Source of the DNA: Schizochytrium sp. TIO01 | Lineage: Eukaryota; Protista; Bigyra: Labyrinthulomycetes | Direction of reading: 5' to 3' | Length of the DNA stretch: 64,000 nucleotides | NCBI GenBank assembly: GCA_004764695.1 | Contig: SMSO01000035.1 | Location: 620,001-684,000, forward strand | Translations under genes and position numbers: made by a program | In this document: piece by piece, positions 28,420 through 41,063 of the stretch | Position numbering within the stretch: position 1 is the first letter of the stretch | How the letters are laid out: each line of letters begins with the position of its first letter | Notes under the pieces: generated by a model | The model's input: only the letters and a program-made list of their open reading frames with translations | Database searches by the model: none | Told to the model about the DNA's origin: nothing

Positions 28420-31338
28420 GCCTTCAAGGGCGAGCTCCGCGACCAGCGCAGAGGCTCGCGAGGTGGTGAGAGTAATGGATCTTTACTTTGTACGAATTGT
28501 AGGCTCGCCCTAGTCTTACTCAATCCCCAAAGCACAAATGAAAGCTACGTTATATGCAAATGAATGCCTCTCTGATAAATTAGAGAAGCTTGCAGAGCGA
28601 CTCCAGAAGGATTTAATATCGGACCAGATCTTTCTTAATTGAAATGAAAAGAGTGGTGAATGTTAATGAAGCCACGCAACTCCTCCCTTCCAACTTTCTT
28701 TCCAATATCACTTCAACGCTCCTGCGTCTGGCTTTGCGGCTAGCGAGTGCTCTATGCCTTTCCTTTGCTCGACTTCTTCAAAAGATCAATCCCCTTGACA
28801 AGTCACCAACCCGGTTTGGAATATTGAAACCTTGGTAACCTGAGATTGATTTGCCTGCACGTAGCGTCGGTACCCAACCTGATGTCGAGGTCCGGCCAAT
28901 GCGTGTTGCTTCTTTGTCTGCTTATGATAGCTCAAAGAGGTTTAGATCGACCGGCTACGTCCACAAGCACGTCTCTCTTCTCTAGTCTCTCTCTCTACCG
29001 ACTACATCTACTGTGACCGTAGATAGGTAGGTATGCGATGGATCATGGAATACAAGCATCCTAAGCAGTTCTATAAAATAGTTATAGTTGCCAATTTCAA
29101 TGAGAATGGGTGCTAATACCTATGTAGGCCCAGTTAGGTATGCTTATAGTATACCGACACATTTATAATAATAAAAAATTAAAATAAGTTTAATTTAAAA
29201 TAATTACTATGGGTCTCATGTAGTAACCAGAGTAAATTTTAAAGCAACAGTAGACTCTAAGCCTAAATTAAAGCGCAACAAGAATCAACAGTTGTGGCAT
29301 TATCGAAAGGGCGTTTGATGTTTAACAACAGATCTTGAAAAGGAACACGCATATAATAACCCACCGTCAGCAGCTATGCACAATTTCTTCAAAGCTACTA
29401 TGACAATAGTCCTAGTCATAACGCCAGAGTTTCGGGTGCCACGGAAAAAGTTTATTTACTTTAAACCGATTCTCTCCTAAAAATTTATTTTAAAATAATA
29501 ATAAAAATGTCCGCGAGTTTCCCTCACACACCTCTTCAGCATGTAACCTTATGACGTTGAGCCTCTTGTAACCATACGCCTGCTCATAATATCTGCTAAA
29601 GTACGTCAGATTTTGCCAACAAGTGATAGCATGCAGGGAATGCATGATTCTCTTACAAGTCTGCATCCAGCTGATGCGAAGAGCGTTGTTTATGAATTAT
29701 TTTTTACCTCCAAAGAAAGGGTCAGTCACCGAAGCAGACTTTGAAGATGGCAAATCGCTCTTCGCCCAAAACTAATTCATAGGCGTGGTTGTATTGATCC
29801 TTCTGGCTCTAGCTTTTGATTAGTAGATACCTAAGACAAAGCTCCAGGGGTATAGCTCATAAGCCAGGAATACTTAGAAACAACTCTCCCTCTATTGCTT
29901 AATTCTGTGTGCTGTCACGAATCTTATCCAACTACTGCTCAAGGTTAAATCCTTTAAGCATCTCAACTCGATTTTTCAGAGTTCCTCCTACATGGTTGCT
30001 ATGATCAACTAGAAGCTAAAGACAAGGTACATGAAGGCTAGAAGAGAAATTTGAGAAGGAATGTTTATAGACTTAAGCTTTACAGTCAGGGATCTCTACA
30101 AGTCTCGGATTAAAACTCTAAAGTCAGATATGTCTCGCGACATATATTCAGAGGGCAATACCAGCCAAAATGCGCCATATATAGTACTGTGGAGGATAAT
30201 GGAAGTAGCATTAGGACACGACTTTGCGAGTCTAAGAGGATCGACAGATCTTCGAGAAGTTACATTGCTTCTACTCCTCAACCGTAAACATAGCTTTCGG
30301 CTAGCAAGATAAGAATGAATTTACAGAGTTGTTTTTGTTTACCTTGCAATTCCACCCCCTGTCTGACTGTAAACCTTTAGTCCTACACATGCCATGGTCC
30401 CTCAGGGCTTACAAATGTTTTACAAGGACAATTGAGAATCTCAAGGGTCTACTAATACATTTTTTTCTCTGGTGATATCACTACCTCAAGCACTGAAGAA
30501 TAGACTAACCGTAGCAATTATTTGTCAAGGGTTCCAGGCTGGTCCAAACGTTGTTAAGGTCACATACCACCACCGTGCAGATGTTATGTATACTAAAACA
30601 GAAACAGAAGTTTAATGGCACCTAGAAATACAAATAAGAATAACTTGAAAAATAACAACAATAACTTTGAAACAAGCTGAAAAATCGCGACACTTGCTCG
30701 GCGTAGTTTCATTGCATAGTATTTGAAGCAAACAAACATAGTAGGCCTAGTGTATTTAATAAGTTCCGCTAAATAGTGGCACCTGAAGCAAATTCTACTT
30801 AGTATCGACACAGACGTCAGTTTGTAACATCGCAGTGATCAAGAGTGCTCTATAATTATCTAGAATCTTCGCAATCCGGCAGTTCTGAGTCTCATTACAA
30901 GGCTGACCCTCAGTTCAAATAGTCATGGCTCGCAACATTACTCTGATCACGCCTGCAAAACTCTGAGGCTCCGACATTTTTGTGTGTTTTGATGTCTATT
31001 CTAATTTGTTTTCACTGGTAGGAGTATACAAGAACAGAATAAAAGAAAGAAATACTCCCTTTTTTTATCCTATCTTTTTTTCTGTTCTATACCGCCAAAA
31101 GGGTTTATGAACACATGACCTGATTCAGATTAGACCCCTCTACATTTTATCTATGCTTTTCTTGCTTGACCTCAAACTGAATTGAAGCTACAGTACAATT
31201 AGTAACGCCACTTTTAAAAAGGGTCTAAAACCACGATATGCCACTTGAGAATCATTTTCATTTTTCAATTAAAGGAAAGTAGAGTTGAGTATGGGGTACT
31301 AGAAGGAAACAGAATTAGAGAATAAAGAAAGAAAAAAA

Positions 31339-31365
31339 GACGACGACGACGAGGACGACGAGGAC
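31339..31365 (+). repeat. (GAC/GAG)n microsatellite upstream of the RING-PHD gene
   Basis: gacgacgacgacgaggacgacgaggac. Confidence 0.8.
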
Positions 31366-31482
31366 AAAATCAATCTCGAACGAAGCTGATAAGAATTGAG
31401 GTACTCGCCGCATTGGGAGGCTGGAAGTGGCACCCAATAACCGCAGCTCATATCTCAGTTCTACTCAGTACATATTTACGCA

Positions 31483-33444
31483 ATGGTTCTCCCTTCTTCC
31501 GGGCCGAAGTCGAGAAGAACTTCGAAACGGAGGAAGACAGAAGCGGGAGATTCTAGTGAACAAGTTTCTGGCCAAAGATCAAGCTTGAACGAGGCTTGCT
31601 CTTCAGCGACTTCCTCTAGCTCAAAGAATCATCTAGTAGAAATTAAAACAGAGGTGAAAGTCGAGCCACTTGAACCCTTGCCAAACGCAGTCGCAGCTGT
31701 AGCTGCCACAGAATCTGCAGCAGAAGTGAGGACAAGTCTTGTGAAATCAGAGAACCTGAACAGCGTGAAAACTGAGCTAGTGATAGCAGAGGTGCCAAGT
31801 AGGGGAGACGTAAACTCACTTGAGATAAAAACGGAACAAAATATTTCCGAAGCAAGTAAAGATGAAAGCACGAAGGTTCATGAGAATGGCGATGATGATG
31901 ATGATGACGCCTCATGCGGTATCTGTCTTTGCAAAATGGAGCCCGATGAAATGTTATCAAAGCCCAGTACTTGTGATCATCTTTTCCATTATGTTTGTAT
32001 TATGAGCTGGGTGAATCGCGGTACAGCTCAAACATGCCCATTTTGTCGACGTCAGATTACAGAGCTCTATAATCCGCAAAAGTCAGCGTATGAATCTGTA
32101 TCGCCGCAAAGAAAGGAGGCCCAAACAGAGAACTCCATTTATTCTTACTCTTTCGAAACACAGCAGTCCAACCCTTGCTTTATTTGTGGACGTGATGATC
32201 GGCACGATGCTTTAATGCTTTGTGATGGCTCTTCTGAGGAACAAGAATGCACCCGTGCTTGTCATTTCGATTGCCTCGGCCTTGATCAAGTACCAAATGG
32301 GGATTGGGCTTGCCCCCCTTGTGCGACAGGTGGACGCCTACTTCCTGCAGAAATTTCTAGACAATGGATTGATAGGAACATTATCTCATCTATTGAGGAA
32401 GCAGCTAGATTGGATACGAATGAGTATTCATCTCATGCACGTAAAGAGCGACTTGGTCAAGTTTTCTTTGCTTTGCGTCACGTCATATCCCATGGGATTC
32501 ATCATACAATGCGAATAGATCTTCTTCGAGGACTTTCGAGCTGGCTACTGCCCTCTAATGAAGCTGGCGAAGAGCCTATTCGATTTGCTGTTCTGCTTCT
32601 TTTAAAAGACATTTTTGGTGAACACATGGATTTTCGCCTTGCACGAAATTCTCGGGTAGGGGCTGCTCTTGTTCGTTGTATTAATTTTGAACATGAGTCG
32701 GCCCGTAATCGTGAGCTAGAGGGCAGAATCATGTCTCGGATACAGGATCTTTCCCGCGAAAACATGCGACAGGGTCCAAATCTTCCCTCAAGACTTGTAA
32801 GGCTTGTACACAGACTTTCGAGCAGACAGCAAAGACAACTTGGAAACGAATCACAGGGAAGCTCAAATTCTCAATCGCGCGCAGATAACTGTCAAATCAA
32901 AGCTTCCTTGCCCTCTCACGTGAAGTCAATTCATATGGATAATGGCCAGGACATGAAACGCGCGCTTCTCTATGGAAGTGCTTCGTCTTTAGGCAATCAA
33001 GCAGATAAAGATATCACAAAGTCCACCACTGGTGTCAAGCCAATGACAAGTGATTTTAATTTAGTAAACCCGAACCAGCTGGAAACCACCCGTGGTGCAC
33101 CTTCATTTGGGCCCTTGGAAAGAATGAAAATCCTAAAAGACTCTGTATATGCTCTAATGTCTCAAGCGGCAGATGCACTACAAGATCAAGGGAAATTCGT
33201 GCAACTTTCCCCAGAGTTAAAGAGCAAGATCATAGATAAGGCCCGCGTGGAATTCATGAGCGATTCGCGTCACAAGAGTGTTTTTGATCATGCCTTATCT
33301 GCAGATGAATTTAGAGCAGTATTTTCGTCTCTACATGATAATCCTTCTAAATTAGTGTCTCGAATCCTCTCAGTATTTGACAGACTTCTAGAGATGCGGG
33401 TAAAAAGTACTTTGAGCTTTGTCATCCGAGGCGAGTGTTCTTAG
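31483..33444 (+). CDS. RING finger + PHD finger protein (PHRF1-like architecture) with IWS1/TFIIS-N-like domain
   Basis: RING-H2-type CGIC...CDHLFHYVC...CPFCR. PHD CFIC...LMLCD...C..ACHFDC...WACPPC. Downstream LSSWLLP...IRFAVLLLL...SRVG...ESARNREL. Confidence 0.88.
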   Translation: MVLPSSGPKSRRTSKRRKTEAGDSSEQVSGQRSSLNEACSSATSSSSKNHLVEIKTEVKVEPLEPLPNAVAAVAATESAAEVRTSLVKSENLNSVKTELVIAEVPSRGDVNSLEIKTEQNISEASKDESTKVHENGDDDDDDASCGICLCKMEPDEMLSKPSTCDHLFHYVCIMSWVNRGTAQTCPFCRRQITELYNPQKSAYESVSPQRKEAQTENSIYSYSFETQQSNPCFICGRDDRHDALMLCDGSSEEQECTRACHFDCLGLDQVPNGDWACPPCATGGRLLPAEISRQWIDRNIISSIEEAARLDTNEYSSHARKERLGQVFFALRHVISHGIHHTMRIDLLRGLSSWLLPSNEAGEEPIRFAVLLLLKDIFGEHMDFRLARNSRVGAALVRCINFEHESARNRELEGRIMSRIQDLSRENMRQGPNLPSRLVRLVHRLSSRQQRQLGNESQGSSNSQSRADNCQIKASLPSHVKSIHMDNGQDMKRALLYGSASSLGNQADKDITKSTTGVKPMTSDFNLVNPNQLETTRGAPSFGPLERMKILKDSVYALMSQAADALQDQGKFVQLSPELKSKIIDKARVEFMSDSRHKSVFDHALSADEFRAVFSSLHDNPSKLVSRILSVFDRLLEMRVKSTLSFVIRGECS

Positions 33445-33595
33445 AAGAAACAATTCCTCACGAATCTCTATCGTATGCAGGGCTGTATCTTTCTCTATAT
33501 TTTCAGTGCCCGCTTCATGTTATTGGAAATGCGATGCATTGATTAGTTGTGTAGATTCACTTCACTCTTTAAAAATCCATGGTCCTTTAGTTGGG

Positions 33596-33657
33596 AAGTG
33601 GAAGCTTCTATACACAGTATAACCAAGTGGAAGCTTCTATACACTGTATAACCAAGT
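33596..33657 (+). repeat. 29-bp tandem duplication
   Basis: aagtggaagcttctatacac(a/t)gtataacc twice (one mismatch), followed by aagt. Confidence 0.95.
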
Positions 33658-35283
33658 AATCACCCAGGCTCAGTTAACTTTAAAATTTAATTTGCTTGGT
33701 AGAATTTTCTATTTTAGTAGGGGGGTGTCTTTTTTTACACATATTCATATATAAAATACTTTTTGTGCGTGTCTTAGCCCCGGAGATACTCCAATTAGCT
33801 TCCAAAACAATTAACAATTGTTTTAGGACAAACTTGTTCAGGTTTGTCGTATCCCCTGGTCGATTAAGAAGACAATCGCAACGGAAATGGAGTTCAGGAA
33901 CATGATAAGAGACAATGCGTACGCGCAGCTCTTCAAAAAAACTAGCTCGTGTGAGTAAGTTAAAATATAATTATGTGGAGTCTAAGAAGTTAACGTCTTG
34001 CTTGGAGCAATAGTTTCGCTGTTGTTTTAGTTTGAATTGAATTATGAAGCTTCTTCCTGTTGAAAGGAGTGTAATTGATTTATTTCCTTATCGTACAGTA
34101 GTAGCATCTTGTATGATAGTTTCATTTATTTTAAAATTAAATAAATAAATCGTTTTATATTTTTAAAATAGATAAATAAATAAACATTACATATACTGTA
34201 TTATGCTTGACAATGTTTAGTTTAAAATTTTAAAATGTTTTTGTTTGAAGAATATTTCAAACAAATCGTCACTTTCAGAAAAGTATTTTTTTCTTTGGTT
34301 TCTTGGTAAAATGTGGATACAACTTGTTTTCAGAAATTACTTAGCAGGGCAAGCCAGTTTTGTTCTATTCCAGGGCAAGGGATACCCAAGTTTTGGTAGG
34401 TGTAGGTATATGTAGCCCTGTACATGATGAGGATCTGAATTCTGAAGAGACCAGGAAAATTAATCAGCGATTTCGCATTTTATACCTCAATCACTACAGC
34501 TTTACCGTATGGGGTGCTTTACAATTTATTCTTTGGGTTGCTGCTCTCAAGAAGTTGGAAAAAAACTACATTTCATTGATATCAAAACGCGTATTGCAAG
34601 AGCTACTGTATTGCCTACGTTTAACTAAAATTAAAATTGCTCATCTTTTGTGGATTCTCTCTTACTATACCAAACATACTTGATAATTTTTGTATCTTTA
34701 TGCTCTTGTGCTCACGCCAATTTTCTTGTTTGCATGGGGGTTAACCCTCTTGTATTCTCTTCAATAGTTTTGATATTGTGACAATGAGCCCTGACAGATC
34801 ATTGCTTGCCTTCAAAGACTCAACTTTTGTCTTTACTTTTTCACCATGTCCTGGCCTACAAATTTATTGCTACACATAGGACATCATATATTCAGAATGT
34901 ATAAAAGGTATATAATATTTATAGGGGTATGTGTAGATAGACAGATTAGATACCTATCTATCTATTTTGGGGAACGAAACAACTTATTGATATCATATAC
35001 CAATTAGATAACAGGAGTTGACAGAACGAGTAGTCAAGAAAGACATGCCTTTACAGAATATATTTTAATATTAACTTGAAAAAAAAACAAAAAAACTTGA
35101 AAGTTTCTTTGTAGGATTCATAAAGCAAGAAACAAAAGAAAGGCTCACTATTGTGTATATTATACTTGCATCCACACATCTGTACACAATTCAATAAAGT
35201 ATTTAATTAAATAGGTTGGTGAATTTTCTTGAAATTTAATAGTAGCATATTTATACTAAATAATATAATGATTGTATTAGACA

Positions 35284-35313
35284 GTTAGGTTAGTTAGGTT
35301 AGTTATAGTTAGT
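35284..35313 (+). repeat. Short TTAGG/TTAG simple repeat
   Basis: gttaggttagttaggttagttatagttagt. Confidence 0.7.
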
Positions 35314-36200
35314 ACAATTGTGACGCCTTAACTAGACTACCCTGAGTACTCATAGTTTTTCGTAATCATGAGGGAGTTAAGAAATAAGTTCTTGGATGGT
35401 GGTATATATATAACATATGTACATAGGTATATATATACTCTACTCCCTATATAGAAATTTTTACTGAATAAAACAAACTCGCGGAAAGAGGCCTTCGAAA
35501 TCATACCATGGTATTTATTGCTGATAACCTACTGTAGTACAAATTGATATGGAGTTTTTAATTATTCAACAATGTTAAGTCTGCTGTTCACTGACTATAG
35601 AAATGCTCCAGAACAAATTTCTTTCCATACTTCTTCACTTATCTTTTTTACATTTTCATTTCTTTAATAAGCTAGACAATTGAATGAAAATTGGTCTTAT
35701 GTAAAACAAAAATACAAAATATAATCAAAATATAATATTAATTAAAAAAACCAACATTCTATATAATTTAAATTAGCAAATATCAATAATTTTAATTTTT
35801 TTCATATATTTTAAAAAATATATAGATTAATTTCAAGATTTGTACATGTATATTGTTAAAAATGATGGGATAAATTTATTTTAGAAGTTTATATATAATA
35901 TAATAGTAATAACAATTTGACTTCTCAAAGGTTAACATAACAGTTCGTATAATGAAATGTCTCCTTTCATTAGTAAGTGATTAGATTAAATTAATTCAGC
36001 TCATGAAAAAAAGTGTGGTATAAGTTATATATTTAATAATAATATAGTTAAAAATTAAACTGATATTTCAATAGCAGCAATCAATAGAATAAATAAAATA
36101 AATAAATATATCATATCATATTTCCTTCTATAGATAGCTTAAGCCATCCATGTTGGAGCTCGCGTAAAACCAAATAGGGTAACTAACCCCAACTGAAAAG

Positions 36201-36276
36201 ATCGAACTCGTTACACCTACTGAGGAAAAACTAAGTCTTAAAATACTTAGAAAAAATAAACAGAACCTTGAATAGC
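36201..36276 (+). repeat. Dispersed copy of the IFT80 3' end (43482-43554)
   Basis: Direct sequence match with one substitution and two A-run length differences. Confidence 0.95.
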
Positions 36277-39200
36277 AGATCTATAATAAAATAATATTGA
36301 TGTATCATGATAATCAACCTACTATACTAATTTAGATAGATAGATTTTTAAGAAGGAGCTCCTGAAGATGCTTTCATCTTTTTGATGACTGACATCATCA
36401 TCAATCAATATGTAACATACACATGTATGTAACTGATAAATGATCAATTATGACATAGATTTTTCTTACAAGAAATAAATTTTAAAATCTCGACTTGTAA
36501 TGTTGATCATGACTAGTCAAATCACAAATCATTCGGATGATGCTGTGATACTTGACTGATTATATATATATACCCTCTTTTGTATGTCATAAGCTCTTCT
36601 CTCAGGATGGTATCGCCCCCCATCTTGGGAGATTCTGGTCAAGTAGGGAGAAAGAGATGATGCGCACGCATAACACGTTTCAGGTCTCTTGATTTAATAA
36701 GGAAACCAGATCGTGTTGAATATGTCAGCTGCGCTAAGTGGAAGCTGGGAAGTCTAGATACTTGTTGTCTTAAATTTACCAAGTCTCAAATCGAATCAGT
36801 AGTTGTACAATCAGGTCATAAACGTCTATTGAGTCTATCAGCGGCTATTCATAACTATCATATCCTATCCTAATTATGTGTCTATCAATATGTAATTTTA
36901 TCTTAAAAGAAATAAAGGGTCTATGTAACTACATATAAAGCATCCAATTTCCTATGCCGTCGCTGCACACAAGCTTTCTTACGGATGTCTTTTCCTTTGC
37001 ATTTCATTGTATATATCTCTGGGAACGAGAGAATGAATATCTTACTTCTTTCAAGTTAACAACTTTTTCAAATATTTTTTTGTGCTAAGTTTATAAACAG
37101 GTTGGCTTACATTTCTATTGAAGTAAGTATATACAGTTAAGTGTCTACCCTCGCCTCACCTCACCTCACCTAACTCTGCCTGACACTCTTCAGTCCGACA
37201 TGATACATTCATCTTGCCAGTATTCAAATTCAAAACTATAATGAAATAAATATGATCCTTCTTCTCTTTCTTCTGAGTTCGCCATCCTGGTCAGACTACC
37301 TCTGCACGATTCATTACACAAAATAATCTGCGATGACTTCATAGCAAGAAACTCAATTCAAGATTTTCCTCCTTTGAAAGTTAAAGATTCTTTCGAACTA
37401 TTTTTCCAACGAAAAGAATAGAAAGTCAAAAGGCTTAATTCTTTTTTTATTACACCGTTAAGGCAATCGTACACCTTTGCACTTTGATTGCCATAACGTC
37501 GATCTATACCAACATCACCAGTAATACTACAGGGCAAAGTCAGGCTTCGACTTCCTAGCCTACAGATAGCTTACCTAACATACTCTCACGAGTTTGTTTA
37601 TTTGAAGAGCCCCACTCTCGGATTGTCTCACGTTCACTGCCCTGGCTGGCAAGTCTTCTCCTCACAACCGACTTCTCAATTGGTTGAATAGTACGATGCG
37701 TTATATTACATCTCCTCGGGCTATGAGTTATACTTGTCTTTTAATTCGCTGGAGACAGTAGCTTTATGGTTTCTGCTTATTACTATATTCCTATTAGAAT
37801 TTAGGACTATTCAATTGATTGCTCCGTTAAAATGCATATAAAACTTCCACTAACAGAGTTTATAGGCAAGCGTTCGTTAACATATTGAAGCCATGAGTAC
37901 ATTGAAATCTACCTTTTGAATTTACTCTAATTTGAAATATAGTTGTATCATAGAGCCTTGTATCACAATGCATGTGAGAGTTGAGAATAAAGCAAACACG
38001 CTTTCACTAAAATGAGGTGAGTACGAGCTACAAAATACTTGCAGAGACATATGTTCATTAAAAATAAACATAATCATTAATATGCAAAATACATATGTTT
38101 GAATGCCAATCATAAGATGGATCCGTGACGCACTTTCGTTCTTAAAGAGAAAGTCGTACAGTAATTATGTTAGAGGTAAATGTGGAATATAGAAGGTTAT
38201 GTTTAATCCTTGAAAGCTAGCAGCAAATTGTTTCAATGATATGGACCTAGCAAACAAACAGTCTAGCTGTAAACATTATTAAAAAACGATAGTAAAGTGG
38301 TGCAGTCTCAGCTAGAACTTTAAATACGAAGGCTGTAGTACATATTATCCTTATAGTAGTGTGCGTATTACGGACTGTTTGGTATGGCTATCTTGTGCTA
38401 ATTTTATTGTATGTTTTTCTAACATTTATATCAAAGAATGAATATGTCGCGATGCAGCATTTAGGTAGTATGTTCTGACAAAATTTCCATATGATCTAAA
38501 ACTTGTATTGAAAATTAATATAATAAAATAATAAAATAATAAAGGATTAAAAATGTTTCTCTTGATTTATTTTATCAGTCAAAGCCAGAGCTGAAGAAAT
38601 GTTTCACCTGGGGAATCTCAAAAAGTGGCTACAAGAGGTTTGCAACATCTATTGACTGGGCTTTACACCCTGAGTTTATTCGATAGATTAACGCAGGTCT
38701 AGCCATTTTTCTGTTTCGAACAGTTTTGCTTTTACATGTCTGTGCACGAAATGTTACTCGTGAATGGCTTGCCTTCAGTACTATTGACAGATAATCCCTG
38801 ATGAACCAGATATTGACTGGCAAGAAGCTTGAAATGCATGATAGAGGTATGTTATACTTCAGCTTATAGAGGTAGCGAGCGATCTTCTGGCCCTTGAGAG
38901 GGCACCGGTGGACTGCTTCATACTATAATAAGGAGACTAAGACAGATCACAACACAACTTAAGCGGGCAGGGTAACTTGTTTTCTCAACCACTGATTCAG
39001 ACTGTGTCCTTACATATTCATTTGATTGTGGAGTGAACTTTTACTCATAAGTCCCCTTGGCCTTATACCTTTGTATCTGATAGTAACGCTCTTATCATAT
39101 TCAAGTCCTTCTAGTTCAGGATTTATGACAGTGTAAAATGACTCTGATGGTGTTTTGTCAACACTGGGTACCTAAGGTCAATCGATATGACTTTATTTAA

Positions 39201-39783
39201 AGAGTGCCTTGATCCTCTTTCGAGGTTTCATATGACGAGTATCAAATACCATTTATTAAATAGGTGTCAACATGCTTCATATGATCATCACCATTGTCGT
39301 CTATTATACTTTAAAATTACCTTCTGCAATATGAATTCTAAGCAGGAGTTGATACCTTTAATGCACACTGAGACCAATAGTAGTGGAAGCAGAGAGCTGT
39401 ACTGAGCTCAATTTCTTAGATTTGATTTTTTTAAAGACTTAGGATGATATCTCACCAAAAAAAAGAGGAGCATTTTGATTTAGTTTGTCGAGACTATCTG
39501 CAATATTTGTATAAACCGTCGATAGATTGCAGCTAGATTGAACCATAATTGATATTTTATGATCTGCATTAAAACATAGCCTCTTGGGATATCCGTAGGA
39601 TCAATTCGTAGGTCAGCAGATCGCTGACTCATGAGTAAAAACGCTTTGGCTTTCTTACTCCTTGCAGTGACAGCCGAGGCTTATAATACCCTTTCGTTGT
39701 CAACTTAACTTTAACTTGTGCAATGAATAATGTCTGCACAATTTAATATTATGGTACCATGGTGGTGTTGATCTTTAGGGTTT

Positions 39784-39812
39784 CAAACTAAAAACTGTAA
39801 GTTTTTAGTTTG
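39784..39812. repeat. Perfect 13-bp inverted repeat with GTA loop
   Basis: caaactaaaaact-gta-agtttttagtttg. Confidence 0.9.
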
Positions 39813-41063
39813 TTAGAATATCAGTTCGTTGGTTTTTAATTTCCACGAGGGGTACTAGTCTTCCATATATATATATATTAGAAAGTTCAATAAAATTCAT
39901 TTAGAACAAATTGAAGTAGGAAACTACATGAGCGTAGTATTATCTTTACCATAATTCAATTCAGATATACACCTTCATGATTCGTAAATATTTTTAACCA
40001 TCTGGAAAGAGCTTCAATTATATAGCGTAGTCTATATTCCTGCTCCGCTTTCTGGTTCAATATTCATTGTTCTGTAAAATTTATGTTCTAAAATATCCCA
40101 GTGTTGATCTTTACCTTTGCAAAATATGTAAAATGACATAGGATTTATTATGACGAATCAGTTCCTTACCTTCGTCTAGCATTGGACAGCCTAAAAGCGT
40201 AGCTCAACATAGACTCATGATATTTACTCCATCTGTTGAAACTAAAAAAGAAAAGAAAAAAGGGAGAGGCTTCCTATTTTAATGAAAGCTTGTAACGGTC
40301 ACTTGGGCGGGAAGGACCTCTTGATATGTATTACTCACTAACAGGTCCTAGTGACAGAGAGAGAAAATAAGAATGAATAGCAAACGAAAGAATGAAAGAC
40401 ATAAGTAATGTCCTAATGTAAACCCTATATACGTGCGTTAGATCTGTCCTCCTCTTCGCGTAAATAGAAGGAGGTACCAAGTCAGCCCTACTCTTGCACT
40501 AAATTCACATTGTTGTCATCACTTGCGCTCGGAAAGGCTGTGTTCGAGACCAAGTGATTCTTGAAAAGATCTGTCGTGGGCAGAGAAGGCGTTTGAGCAA
40601 ACGGAGCAAGTTGTGCCTGAGGGACAACTGATCTGCTAAGCTCTCCCGCAAAGCTTTTGCTCATTTCTAGGTCCAGGTGTGCTGTTTGAACGCACCCCTT
40701 CTTAGACAAGAAGACAGACAAGCACGTTCCTGGCTCTTTGAGCGTTTGGAGGGCGTGCGTAGGTAGCCCAAGCAAACATCTGCTCGAAAATAACAAAGAC
40801 AAATTGCTAGTTGGTTGCCCTTGTCTTGGTTTTTTTGTTCGTCAGTATTACTTTGCCGTTTCGAGATTTTAACGTTTGTAGACCTCATAAGAGACACACA
40901 ATCAATCAATTGATAACTTAGTGAACGGTCACGTAGCATTGGGTAAATTGTGAGCAATTGCGATCCCCTCGAGAGGGTACTGATCAGTGTTTAGATTCTG
41001 AAAATATCTCGAGCGACTCAGGTCTTGAATCACAATTTTATTTTTCATTTGAAGCCAAGGAAT

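Noticed and set aside
33596-33657. Palindromic 29-bp repeats as a CRISPR array
   Set aside because: Only two adjacent copies, no spacer, no cas genes, eukaryotic context
35284-35313. Telomere
   Set aside because: Only ~30 bp, degenerate and internal, with genes on both sides
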